From: an uncultured Candidatus Saccharibacteria bacterium
Lineage (GTDB): Bacteria > Patescibacteriota > Doudnabacteria > UBA920
Assembly (NCBI GenBank): GCA_964436545.1
Contig: CAYTCJ010000002.1
Location: 26,111 to 90,110 of the forward strand
DNA length: 64,000 bases
Direction: 5' to 3'
A model generated the notes under the pieces. The model did not search any database, had not been told where the DNA came from, and saw nothing but the letters and a program-made list of their open reading frames with translations. This document shows, piece by piece, positions 37,316-45,809 of the stretch. Position 1 is the stretch's first letter; each line of letters starts with the position of its first letter. The position numbers and the translations under genes were made by a program.

Positions 37316-38953
37316 ATGTATAGAAAAAGAACTTATCAAGAACGTTTTTGGGAAATCCTGCCGGGTTTGCAATTTTGGACGGTTTTCTGCTGTGCCATAT
37401 ATTTCTCCTATGCCAAACCGATTTGGGCGGCGATTTTTATAATTTGTTTCGATTTTTATTGGTTACTCAGAGCCATTAATGCCTCACTGCATTTAATTGC
37501 CAGTTATTTTAAATTTAAAGTCGCGGTAAAACTGGACTGGTTAAGTTTTGTACAAAACTTTAATCAATTACCCGAATTAATCGCCCGCATAGAAACAGCC
37601 AACCAAAAAAATCCCAGTAAATTTTTACAAGAACTGCTAAAAAAATTAAAGTCAGTTAAAAATTCCGGACAAATAATTCCCAACTTTTTGGACTACTACC
37701 AGTTAGTGCTTATTCCTTTTGTAAACGAGCCGGAGGAAGTTTTAGACCATAGCCTCGGTGCCATTGCCAATTCCGCCTATCCCAAAGATAAAATTATTAT
37801 TTTATTGGCCTCGGAAGACAGGGCCGGGGAAACCGCCAAACAAACCGCTAACTCTTTAAAACACAAATACGAAAACCAATTTTTTAAATTTTTTATTACC
37901 TCTCACCCCGATAATCTTCCGGGGGAAATTAAAGGGAAAAGCGCCAATGCCACTTATGCGGTAAAAAACATTCTGCCGGATTTAGCCAAACTCCAAATCG
38001 GAGTTGAACAAGTTTTAGTTTCTAACTTCGATTCCGACACCATTATTCACCCACAATATTTTGCCCGAGTAATGTTTGAATTCCTGCTGGCCGACAAACC
38101 CTACCAAAAAAGCTACCAGCCCATTGCGATTTACAACAACAATATTTGGGATAGCCCGGCGCTAATTCGAGTTATTGCGCTTTCTTCTTGGCAATTTACC
38201 GAAAGCAACCGCCCCGACCGGCTAAAGACCTTTTCCTCCCACACCATGACCTTAAAGGCCTTAGTGGAGGTGGGTTTTTGGAAAAAAGACATTGTCAACG
38301 AAGATGAATTTATTTATTGGCAATGTTTTTTGCACTACCAAGGCGACTACCAAGTCGTGCCGTTATTTTTGCCCGTTTCGTTAGATACTTGTTTGGCGGA
38401 AACTTTTTGGCAAACCTGTAAAAATCAATATAAACAAAAAAGACGTTGGGCTTACGGAGTGGAATATTACCCTCATTTAATTTGGCCATTAATTAAATGC
38501 AAAACCACTTTTTATTGGAAATTTTATAAACTGTTTCAATACACCGAAACTCATTTTACTTGGGCCACTGCCAGTTTAATGATTGCCATTTTAGGTTGGC
38601 TACCTTTGTTTATTGGCAGAGAGAATTTTACGGAAAGTGTCATTGCTTTTAATTTACCGCTTGTCACCCAAAGCTTAATGCGAATTGCATTACTGTTTTT
38701 AATTTTTAGCGTTTATGTCAATATTGTCCTACTCCCGCCCAAACCCAAAAAATACGGCAAATGGAAAACTGTTTCCATGTACTTACAGTGGTTTTTAGTA
38801 CCCTTTTCTGCGGTGGTCTTTCATAGTTTACCAGCCATTGAAGCCCAAACTCGTTTAATGTTGGGTAAATATTTGGAGTTTTGGGTTACCCCCAAGGCCA
38901 GAAAAGGAGAAAACACCGGTTTCTTAATGAAAGAAATGGGGGAGACTAAATAA
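37316..38953 (+). CDS. Membrane-bound family 2 glycosyltransferase (processive synthase-like topology)
   Basis: N- and C-terminal TM clusters flank a cytoplasmic GT-A-like domain (VLIPFVNEPEEVL...IIILLASEDR...VSNFDSDTIIHPQY). Confidence 0.6.
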   Translation: MYRKRTYQERFWEILPGLQFWTVFCCAIYFSYAKPIWAAIFIICFDFYWLLRAINASLHLIASYFKFKVAVKLDWLSFVQNFNQLPELIARIETANQKNPSKFLQELLKKLKSVKNSGQIIPNFLDYYQLVLIPFVNEPEEVLDHSLGAIANSAYPKDKIIILLASEDRAGETAKQTANSLKHKYENQFFKFFITSHPDNLPGEIKGKSANATYAVKNILPDLAKLQIGVEQVLVSNFDSDTIIHPQYFARVMFEFLLADKPYQKSYQPIAIYNNNIWDSPALIRVIALSSWQFTESNRPDRLKTFSSHTMTLKALVEVGFWKKDIVNEDEFIYWQCFLHYQGDYQVVPLFLPVSLDTCLAETFWQTCKNQYKQKRRWAYGVEYYPHLIWPLIKCKTTFYWKFYKLFQYTETHFTWATASLMIAILGWLPLFIGRENFTESVIAFNLPLVTQSLMRIALLFLIFSVYVNIVLLPPKPKKYGKWKTVSMYLQWFLVPFSAVVFHSLPAIEAQTRLMLGKYLEFWVTPKARKGENTGFLMKEMGETK

Positions 38954-38969
38954 CCAAATTTAAACCAAT

Positions 38970-40061
38970 ATGTTATTTCTATTTCTATTTTTCATTTCCG
39001 CGGTTTTAAGTTTTTTACTAACCCGATTTATAAAAAATTTTTCCTTGCGCTATGGCATTTTAGATTTGCCTCAAAATAATGGTAGAAAAATTCATAAAAA
39101 CCCCACCCCTTTACTCGGCGGTTTAGCCTTAATTATTTCGGTAATTTTAATCATTTGCCTATATATAATTTTTATTAAGCCCGATTTTGGCATTGTGCCC
39201 CTAAAGTTCTTTATGGGCATCATTTTAGCCAGCGGAATTTTGGCTGTGGGGGGCTTTTTAGACGACCGGTATACTTTACCACCCAAATGGCTGTGGATAT
39301 TTCCGGCCTTAGCCAGTCTGGTGATTGTTTTAAGCGGAATTGGCGTGGGTATAAAATATATTTCCAACCCGTTTGGGGAAGCAATTTTTATCGGCCACAC
39401 CTTTTCGTGGCTATCTATGCAATGGTCTTTTTCCGCCCTACTAGTTTGGCTGTGGTTAATGGGGATGATTTTTACCACTAAATTTTTAGATGGTCTGGAT
39501 GGGTTGTGCTCGGGGATTGGTTTAATTGGCAGTCTAACTTTTTTTTGCCTTTCCTTAACCGAAAAAATCAACCAACCCATTACTGCCGGTTTGGCAATCA
39601 TCTTAGCCGGTGCCTTACTGGGGTATTTATTTTTTGCTTTTCATCCGGCAGTAATTTTTTTAGGGGAGTCAGGAAGCACTTTTATTGGCCTTATGCTGGG
39701 AGTCTTAGCTGTTATTTTGGGGGCTAAAATCGCCACCGCCCTGTTAGTCATGGGCATACCTATTTTAGATGTGGCTTGGGCCATAATCAGAAGGCTGTAT
39801 TACAAACAATCACCCTTCAAAGGCGATAAAAGCCACTTACACCACCGCCTTTTAGACATTGGTTTTAGCCAAAAACAAGCTGTTTTAAGCTTGTGGGCCA
39901 TTTCAGCCATCTTTGGGGCTACTGCCTTGTTTTTGCAAAGTAAAGGTAAATTAATTGCCCTAATCATTCTCTTTGTAACCATGTTAATAATTGCCTTAAG
40001 CACAGTGATTGTTTATAAACGTCGCCACCCCCATATTCCAAACAGCATTGACGAAAAATGA
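38970..40061 (+). CDS. Family 4 glycosyltransferase (MraY/WecA-type polyprenyl-phosphate N-acetylhexosamine-1-phosphate transferase)
   Basis: About 10 TM helices. TPLLGGLALIISV and the DDRY..P / FLDGLDGL motifs of the MraY/WecA family. Confidence 0.75.
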   Translation: MLFLFLFFISAVLSFLLTRFIKNFSLRYGILDLPQNNGRKIHKNPTPLLGGLALIISVILIICLYIIFIKPDFGIVPLKFFMGIILASGILAVGGFLDDRYTLPPKWLWIFPALASLVIVLSGIGVGIKYISNPFGEAIFIGHTFSWLSMQWSFSALLVWLWLMGMIFTTKFLDGLDGLCSGIGLIGSLTFFCLSLTEKINQPITAGLAIILAGALLGYLFFAFHPAVIFLGESGSTFIGLMLGVLAVILGAKIATALLVMGIPILDVAWAIIRRLYYKQSPFKGDKSHLHHRLLDIGFSQKQAVLSLWAISAIFGATALFLQSKGKLIALIILFVTMLIIALSTVIVYKRRHPHIPNSIDEK

Positions 40062-40179
40062 AAAATTTGATAATATTTCAATACTCATTAATGCAATATT
40101 TTGAGGTATCATCATCCTATAGATTCCCTATCCTATATTCATAATGCATACTTCTTAATTCATAATTCATTCTTTATAT

Positions 40180-40467
40180 ATGACAGCAATCATTCAAACC
40201 GGCGGTAAACAATATTTAGTGGAAAAAGGTCATAAAATTCAAGTGGAAAAACTGCCGGGTGAAGTTGGCAGTGTAATAAAATTCGACCAAATTTTATTTT
40301 TAGACGGGGAAGTTGGCAAGCCTTTTATTTCCGGCAAAACTTTAGAGGGTAAAATTCTAAAGCAAGCCAAAGGCGATAAAGTGCGAGTGTTTAAATATAA
40401 ATCTAAATCCAAATATCGCCGAACTCAAGGCCATAGACAACAATTTACAGAAGTGGAAATTATCTAA
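40180..40467 (+). CDS. rplU: 50S ribosomal protein L21
   Basis: MTAIIQTGGKQYLVEKGHKIQVEKL ... FKYKSKSKYRRTQGHRQQFTEVEI. Confidence 0.9.
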   Translation: MTAIIQTGGKQYLVEKGHKIQVEKLPGEVGSVIKFDQILFLDGEVGKPFISGKTLEGKILKQAKGDKVRVFKYKSKSKYRRTQGHRQQFTEVEII

Positions 40468-40470
40468 CTT

Positions 40471-40499
40471 AAAATCCCGACTAAAGTCGGGATTTTTTT
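40471..40499. terminator. Bidirectional terminator (AAAATCCCGAC-TAAA-GTCGGGATTTTTTT)
   Basis: 11-bp stem plus T-tract. Shared by rplU (+) and the methyltransferase gene (-). Confidence 0.6.
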
Positions 40500-41110
40500 G
40501 TAATCTCATACATACTCGCTGGTTCACCTTTGGCGGTGGATTGAAGGCTAATAACTTTAAACTCTACTGTCGGCAAAGCTCTTAAATAATTAAGGGAATT
40601 TATATAAGCAGAATTAACTAATGTTGGGTAAGAATCTGCAATCACTAGTTTGCCATCAGCATTTAAAACCCTTAAACATTCATTAAGTAATTTAATCTGA
40701 TTTGCTTGTTCGAGTTTAATATCAGGAGCGATTTGAAAAGCATAAGCGGGTTCATTCATTCTTTGTTCATTAGGTATAGCTCTATAAGTGAGTACATCTG
40801 ACAAAAAGACTACATCAAACGAATTATCTGCGAAAGGAATTTGCATACCATTCCCAATTGAAGAATGGAGGTGTAGATTAAAAGGGATAGGCTTATCTAT
40901 AATGTCTGGTAATTGCTGAATTTTATGGGCATTATGTGAGTCAAGATTTAAAGCATAGTATTCAACCTCACCTCTTAAAAGAGTTTGGATTTTGCTATTA
41001 GAATTAAATTTAATAAACACTGGCGTATCTTTAGTACCAATCTCTAAAACCCTTTTATTTTTTTTTACTTCTGGATTTGGACCTAACTCCAGCCTTTCAC
41101 CATTATTCAT
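40481..41110 (-). CDS. Class I SAM-dependent methyltransferase-domain protein
   Basis: VLEIGTK (degenerate motif I), IPFADNSFDVVFLSDVL (motif II) and LLNECLRVLNADGKLVI (post-II). Confidence 0.55.
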   Translation of the reverse strand: MNNGERLELGPNPEVKKNKRVLEIGTKDTPVFIKFNSNSKIQTLLRGEVEYYALNLDSHNAHKIQQLPDIIDKPIPFNLHLHSSIGNGMQIPFADNSFDVVFLSDVLTYRAIPNEQRMNEPAYAFQIAPDIKLEQANQIKLLNECLRVLNADGKLVIADSYPTLVNSAYINSLNYLRALPTVEFKVISLQSTAKGEPASMYEITKKSRL

Positions 41111-41111
41111 T

Positions 41112-41723
41112 TTAGTATTCTCGTCTGCCTTCTAAAGCTCTCATTAAAGTTATATCATCGGCATATTCCAAATCTCCGCCCATAGGCAACCCTCGCGCAA
41201 TCCGGGTAATTTTAATGTTAGAATTAGCTTGTTTAATAATTTTAGACAAATGCATGGCCGTGGCTTCACCCTCCAAGCTAGGATTAGTCGCAATAATAAT
41301 TTCCACAATTTTCGATTCCGGACTCGTAATCCTTTTCATTAAAGATTCAATTTTCAACTGCTCAGCCGAAACCCCTTCTAAAGGATTCAAAACTCCTCCG
41401 AGGACATGAAATAAACCTTTAAAATTCCCCGATTTATCTATAGCCAAAGCGTCTAAGGGTTCTTCTACTACGCAAACTATGGTTTTATCTCGGGTCTGGT
41501 CCACACACGCATGACAAGGGTCAACCTCAACCATATTATGACAGAGCGAACAAAACACCACACTACTTTTTAATTCAGCAATCGCGGATGACAAAGTGAG
41601 CAAATCCAAATTATCACGTTTTAATAAATAAAAAGCCAACCGCTGAGCGGTTTTAGGTCCAATCCCCGGAAGTTTGGAGAGTTCGTTAATTAATTTTTGT
41701 AAAGAAGAGGGGAGTTTAAGCAT
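41112..41723 (-). CDS. recR: Recombination protein RecR
   Basis: HhH N-terminus (LPGIGPKTAQRLAFYLL), C4 zinc finger (CSLCHNMVEVDPCHAC) and Toprim domain. Confidence 0.9.
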   Translation of the reverse strand: MLKLPSSLQKLINELSKLPGIGPKTAQRLAFYLLKRDNLDLLTLSSAIAELKSSVVFCSLCHNMVEVDPCHACVDQTRDKTIVCVVEEPLDALAIDKSGNFKGLFHVLGGVLNPLEGVSAEQLKIESLMKRITSPESKIVEIIIATNPSLEGEATAMHLSKIIKQANSNIKITRIARGLPMGGDLEYADDITLMRALEGRREY

Positions 41724-41762
41724 ACACAGAATGATTGAATAGTAAAACTCTAACCGCTAACC

Positions 41763-43160
41763 CTAACCTTGCTCAGACAGATCGGGTGAAGATGAGGACA
41801 TCACTGTCTCCGGACTGGTATCAAAACTTCTATCCAAATTTTTAAAGCTGGTCTGATCCTGGTCAAAAAACAAATCCACCTGACCAGTCGGACCGTTTCT
41901 ATGCTTCTTCACATATATCTCTGCAATATTGGGCCGTTTGGCGTCCTTGCCTTTATACATATCTTCCCGATAAATAAACATCACCACATCGGCATCTTGT
42001 TCAATAGATCCGGATTCTCGCAAATCGGCCAATTGAGGCACTTTATCGGGTCGATTTTCCACATTCCGAGACAGCTGAGACAAAGCCAACACCGGCACAT
42101 TCAACTCACGAGCTAAAATTTTTAAACTTCGGGAAATTTCCGACACTTCCTGCACCCGATTATCTTGACTCCTGCCTTCCATTAATTGCAAATAGTCCAC
42201 CACGATTAAAGATAAGTCGTTTTCCGCTTGTAGTCTTCTGGCTTTCGTTCTAACTTCCATAATGTTGGAACCGGCTGCGTCATCGATGTATATGGGCGCT
42301 TCGGACAATTGTCCCATAGCTTCGCCGATTTTTTCAAAATCTTGGTCATTCAAATGGCCCGTGCGAATTTTCCACAAATTAACATTACTCTGAGCCGACA
42401 ACAGCCTGTCCACCAATTGATCTTTACTCATTTCCAAAGAAAAAATGCCCACCGGTTTTTTTAAATTCACTCCCACATGCCTCATAATGTCCAAAGCTAA
42501 ACTGGTTTTACCCATAGAAGGTCGGGCCGCTAAAATTACCAAATCGGATTTTTGTAATCCGCCTAATAAATTATCCATATCCGCAAATCCGGTAGAGAGC
42601 CCGCGCAATTTACCCTTGTCTCTATGCAGTTCGTCAATCCTTTCAAAGGTGGCATGCAAAACCGAAGCAATAGAAATAAACTGTCGTTTTAAATGTTTTT
42701 GGGAAACCGAAAACAATTTTTGCTCTGCGTTGTCTAAAATATCTTCCACCGCCCCTTGCTCCTTAAAAGCCAAATTGGTTATTTCATTACTCGCGGAAAT
42801 TAACTTTCTTAAAGTGCCTTTTTTTCTGACAATCTCGGCATAGTGGACCACATTGGAAGCCGAAGGAGTATTGGCCACCAACTCGGTTAAATAAGCCGAA
42901 CCGCCGGCCCGCTCTAAAATTTTCTTTTCCTCCAACAAATTCGTCACGGTTAAAATATCAATAGCGGCATTTTTGGAAAAAAGCTCCACAATGGCAGAAT
43001 AGATAATTTGGTGTTTAGGCTCATAAAAATCATCTTCGTTCAGCAAATCCGCTACCTTAAACCAAGCTTCTTTATCTAACATTAAACCACCCAAAAGCGC
43101 GCTTTCGGCTTCGCTGTTTTGTGGGGGAGTTCTTAGTTGGTTAGAAATTACATTATCCAT
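41763..43160 (-). CDS. dnaB: Replicative DNA helicase DnaB
   Basis: N-terminal DnaB domain (ESALLGGLMLD) and RecA-like domain with Walker A (ARPSMGKTSLALD) and the other DnaB motifs. Confidence 0.95.
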   Translation of the reverse strand: MDNVISNQLRTPPQNSEAESALLGGLMLDKEAWFKVADLLNEDDFYEPKHQIIYSAIVELFSKNAAIDILTVTNLLEEKKILERAGGSAYLTELVANTPSASNVVHYAEIVRKKGTLRKLISASNEITNLAFKEQGAVEDILDNAEQKLFSVSQKHLKRQFISIASVLHATFERIDELHRDKGKLRGLSTGFADMDNLLGGLQKSDLVILAARPSMGKTSLALDIMRHVGVNLKKPVGIFSLEMSKDQLVDRLLSAQSNVNLWKIRTGHLNDQDFEKIGEAMGQLSEAPIYIDDAAGSNIMEVRTKARRLQAENDLSLIVVDYLQLMEGRSQDNRVQEVSEISRSLKILARELNVPVLALSQLSRNVENRPDKVPQLADLRESGSIEQDADVVMFIYREDMYKGKDAKRPNIAEIYVKKHRNGPTGQVDLFFDQDQTSFKNLDRSFDTSPETVMSSSSPDLSEQG

Positions 43161-43268
43161 ATAGCCATATTATATTTTAAACCCAAAAAATGCAAAAAGC
43201 CCTTATTTTAAGGACTTTTGTGGATAATCCGTGAATTAATCGGGGATAATATCCTACCTACCTAAAAC

Positions 43269-44588
43269 TCAAATTTTTCTTTTAACTTTTTGCCCTTCGT
43301 TCGTATCTAATACTTCATAACCCAACTTGCCAATTTGTGTTCTTAATGCGTCGGCAATAGAAAAATCCTTCTGTGCCTTGGCATTTTGTCTTTGTTGTAA
43401 TAACTCCTGAACTTCCACGGGAATTGATTCAACTGTTTCAGCTGTAAAACCTAATACCGAAATAATTTGAGAATCAATTTTGCCGGCTTGCCAAATGGCC
43501 GATAACGCTTGAGGGCAACTCAGATTTTCCAGCAGAGCTTGTTTAAACGGTTCGTTCTCCAAGTCGGCATGGGGTAAATTAATTAACTTTAACCGTGCGG
43601 TCTTTCCTGCCGTTAAGGCTTCCCAAGTAAAATTTTGCTGAACGCCAAAACCCGAATTCATAAAAAAATAACGCAGATCTTCACCCGAAAAACCCTTTTC
43701 GCTTAAATCTTTTAACGTATAAAAATTTTTAAATCTTTTGCCCATCCGGGCGCCATCTACCAGTAAATGCTCGTTATGATGCCAATAATTCACATACGGC
43801 TTATAAATTGGCTGACTTTGAGCAATTTCATTGGTATGATGGGGAAAAATTAAATCCACCCCACCGGTATGAATGTCTGTGGCTTCACCCTTAAAAGCCA
43901 CTTGATTGATCACCGAACATTCAATATGCCACCCCGGCCGGCCCTTACCTAAAGTTGGATGTTCCCAAAAAATTTGTCCGTCGGTTTCGGGGTTATGGTG
44001 CTTCCACAAAACAAAATCACTTAAATTTTCTTTTTCGTATTCATCTACCGCCACCCGAGCGCCAATTTTTTTACCTTGCATAAATTTTTCCCCAGCCAAC
44101 TGCCCATAATCGCCAAAATCGGTTTGATATTTCTCTATACTAAAATACACGCCATCTTCGGCTTTATAAGCATAACCCTTATTCATCAACTCCAAAATAA
44201 AGGTTTGAATTTCCGGCATTTTATCGGTCACTCGAATAATTTCCATTTCTTTAGTATTCACCCCTACGGCCTTAAGGTCTGCTAAAAAAGCTTGTAAATA
44301 TTTCTCGGTCCAAGTATATAAATTTTGCGGATTAACCTTTTCGCCATATTCCGCTAAAGCACCTCTAATGGTTTTGTCATCAATATCCGTAATATTCATT
44401 ACCCAATGGGGTTTAAACCCACCCAGCTTTAAGGTTCTAAAGAGTACATCGGCCATAACAAAAGACCTTAAATTGCCAATATGGGCATAATTGTAAACCG
44501 TGGGCCCACAAGAATACATATTGACATGGTCTTGATGGGCGGGGGAAAACTCCTCGACTGTTTTGGTTAAAGTGTTATTAATTTTCAT
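43269..44588 (-). CDS. cysS: Cysteinyl-tRNA synthetase
   Basis: MYSCGPTVYNYAHIGNLRSFV (HIGH region) plus class I Rossmann and anticodon-binding domains. Confidence 0.9.
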   Translation of the reverse strand: MKINNTLTKTVEEFSPAHQDHVNMYSCGPTVYNYAHIGNLRSFVMADVLFRTLKLGGFKPHWVMNITDIDDKTIRGALAEYGEKVNPQNLYTWTEKYLQAFLADLKAVGVNTKEMEIIRVTDKMPEIQTFILELMNKGYAYKAEDGVYFSIEKYQTDFGDYGQLAGEKFMQGKKIGARVAVDEYEKENLSDFVLWKHHNPETDGQIFWEHPTLGKGRPGWHIECSVINQVAFKGEATDIHTGGVDLIFPHHTNEIAQSQPIYKPYVNYWHHNEHLLVDGARMGKRFKNFYTLKDLSEKGFSGEDLRYFFMNSGFGVQQNFTWEALTAGKTARLKLINLPHADLENEPFKQALLENLSCPQALSAIWQAGKIDSQIISVLGFTAETVESIPVEVQELLQQRQNAKAQKDFSIADALRTQIGKLGYEVLDTNEGQKVKRKI

Positions 44589-44599
44589 AATTATATTTT

Positions 44600-44960
44600 A
44601 GCATAATTTAATGCTGTTTTGCCACGGACGAACCTTGGCAGGTTCGTCCGTGTTTGTTGCATGGTTACTGGCACTATTGTTTTTGCCAGCTTGCCACACA
44701 CACCGATTGGTCAAAAAGATCTTCAAGCTTGGCGTGCTGAGGTGCGTTCATCCCACACCTCACCAAAAATACTTGCTTCATATCTTGTCCAATTTTTTGC
44801 CTTGAGGGCCTGGCTTTGCGAAAGCCCATACCCCAAGCCAGACTGTAGATTACCTTGCGCCCTGCCGGGGTTGAGCCCTGCTTAAACTGCACCAAATACT
44901 GCATACTTTGCCTCCGTTTGGAATGTTGGCTCTTTGTAAAACAAAAGCCACCGGTCTTGC
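44600..44960. ncRNA. GC-rich structured intergenic island: candidate ncRNA, family not assigned (some RNase-P-like sequence motifs when read on the minus strand)
   Basis: GC content is about 50-55%, against ~38% in the flanks. Perfect 12-bp hairpin at 44611-44645. GNRA-capped 10-bp hairpin at 44929-44954. Many internal helices. Minus-strand read contains AAGCAGGGCUCAACCCCGGCAGGGCGCAAGGUAAUC, reminiscent of the RNase P P4-P8 region. The predicted ORFs here translate to low-complexity junk. Confidence 0.35.
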
Positions 44961-45212
44961 GACCGGAGGCAAAAAGTAAAAGTAAAAAAATTTATTTTAA
45001 CTTAAAATCCCCAGTCACAATATACAGTGTGCATGAGGTGGAACAATTCAAATGTAGATTAGAGATTAACATATTTTTATGTTATCCTATACTTAAATAA
45101 ATGTCAAAAGTTCCTTTTTCTTTAACGCTAAAATTTTAAAAATTTAAGACAATAAAAAATTTTTTGCCGAAAACATTAAAAATCTTTAACTAACTATTAA
45201 AAAATTAAATTT

Positions 45213-45809
45213 ATGAGCGAATATGGGCCAAGACCAGAATATAAGGAACCCACAAAACCAGCTGAACCTAAAAGACCTACTAGTGAATTTAATGCAAGTG
45301 GTATGCCACTATGGGAAACTAAACGGGAACCTAAATCACCAACACCCACACCAGCTCCTTGGGAAAAGCGAGCAACACCTCCACCTTTTCCAAAAACGGA
45401 AAGACCTTCGGAAACTCCGGAGCAGGCTCAGGCAAGATTAGAAAAAGGCAAGCAGGCGCTGGATAGAGCAAAAAAGACTTTTATGGAACTTAACCACCAA
45501 GCCGAAATATTAAGGGCAAAAATAGAAAGTTTAAAAAATCGCAAACTCTTAGCTTTACCACAGCAAGTTAAAAGACTAAAAGCCGAAGTTCACAATTTAG
45601 TTGAAACCGAATATCACCAATTTGTTAATTCAGTAAAATTGAGTTCAAGATATTTACATACAGAAGACCGAGGAGGTTTTACCAAATTAATTGAGGAAAT
45701 TGAAACAAAATACAGAAGCTTAAAGATTGTAATGCATGCACAGTTAGAAGAAATAGAAAAAGGATCAGCCATTAACCGAGTCGCAAGATGGTTTAAAAGA
45801 GATTCATAA
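45213..45809 (+). CDS. Hypothetical protein (Pro-rich N-terminus, coiled-coil C-terminus)
   Basis: ORF only. Confidence 0.4.
   Translation: MSEYGPRPEYKEPTKPAEPKRPTSEFNASGMPLWETKREPKSPTPTPAPWEKRATPPPFPKTERPSETPEQAQARLEKGKQALDRAKKTFMELNHQAEILRAKIESLKNRKLLALPQQVKRLKAEVHNLVETEYHQFVNSVKLSSRYLHTEDRGGFTKLIEEIETKYRSLKIVMHAQLEEIEKGSAINRVARWFKRDS

Noticed and set aside
39092-39601. 169-aa minus-strand ORF inside the GT4 glycosyltransferase gene
   Set aside because: It is antisense to a well-supported MraY/WecA-family CDS and shows no domain signal. It is a typical shadow ORF.
44600-44960. tmRNA (ssrA) as the identity of the GC-rich island
   Set aside because: Neither strand has a TTCGAC D-analog or a tRNA-like T-arm with a CCA end. 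There is no tag-peptide reading frame ending in ...AA-stop. The 5'/3' complementarity expected for a tmRNA acceptor stem is also absent.
44611-45100. Four overlapping ORFs (64-88 aa) on both strands in the GC-rich island
   Set aside because: All frames are open because of the GC-rich composition. Translations are Arg/Pro/Cys/Trp-rich junk with no codon periodicity. The region is better explained as structured noncoding RNA or DNA.
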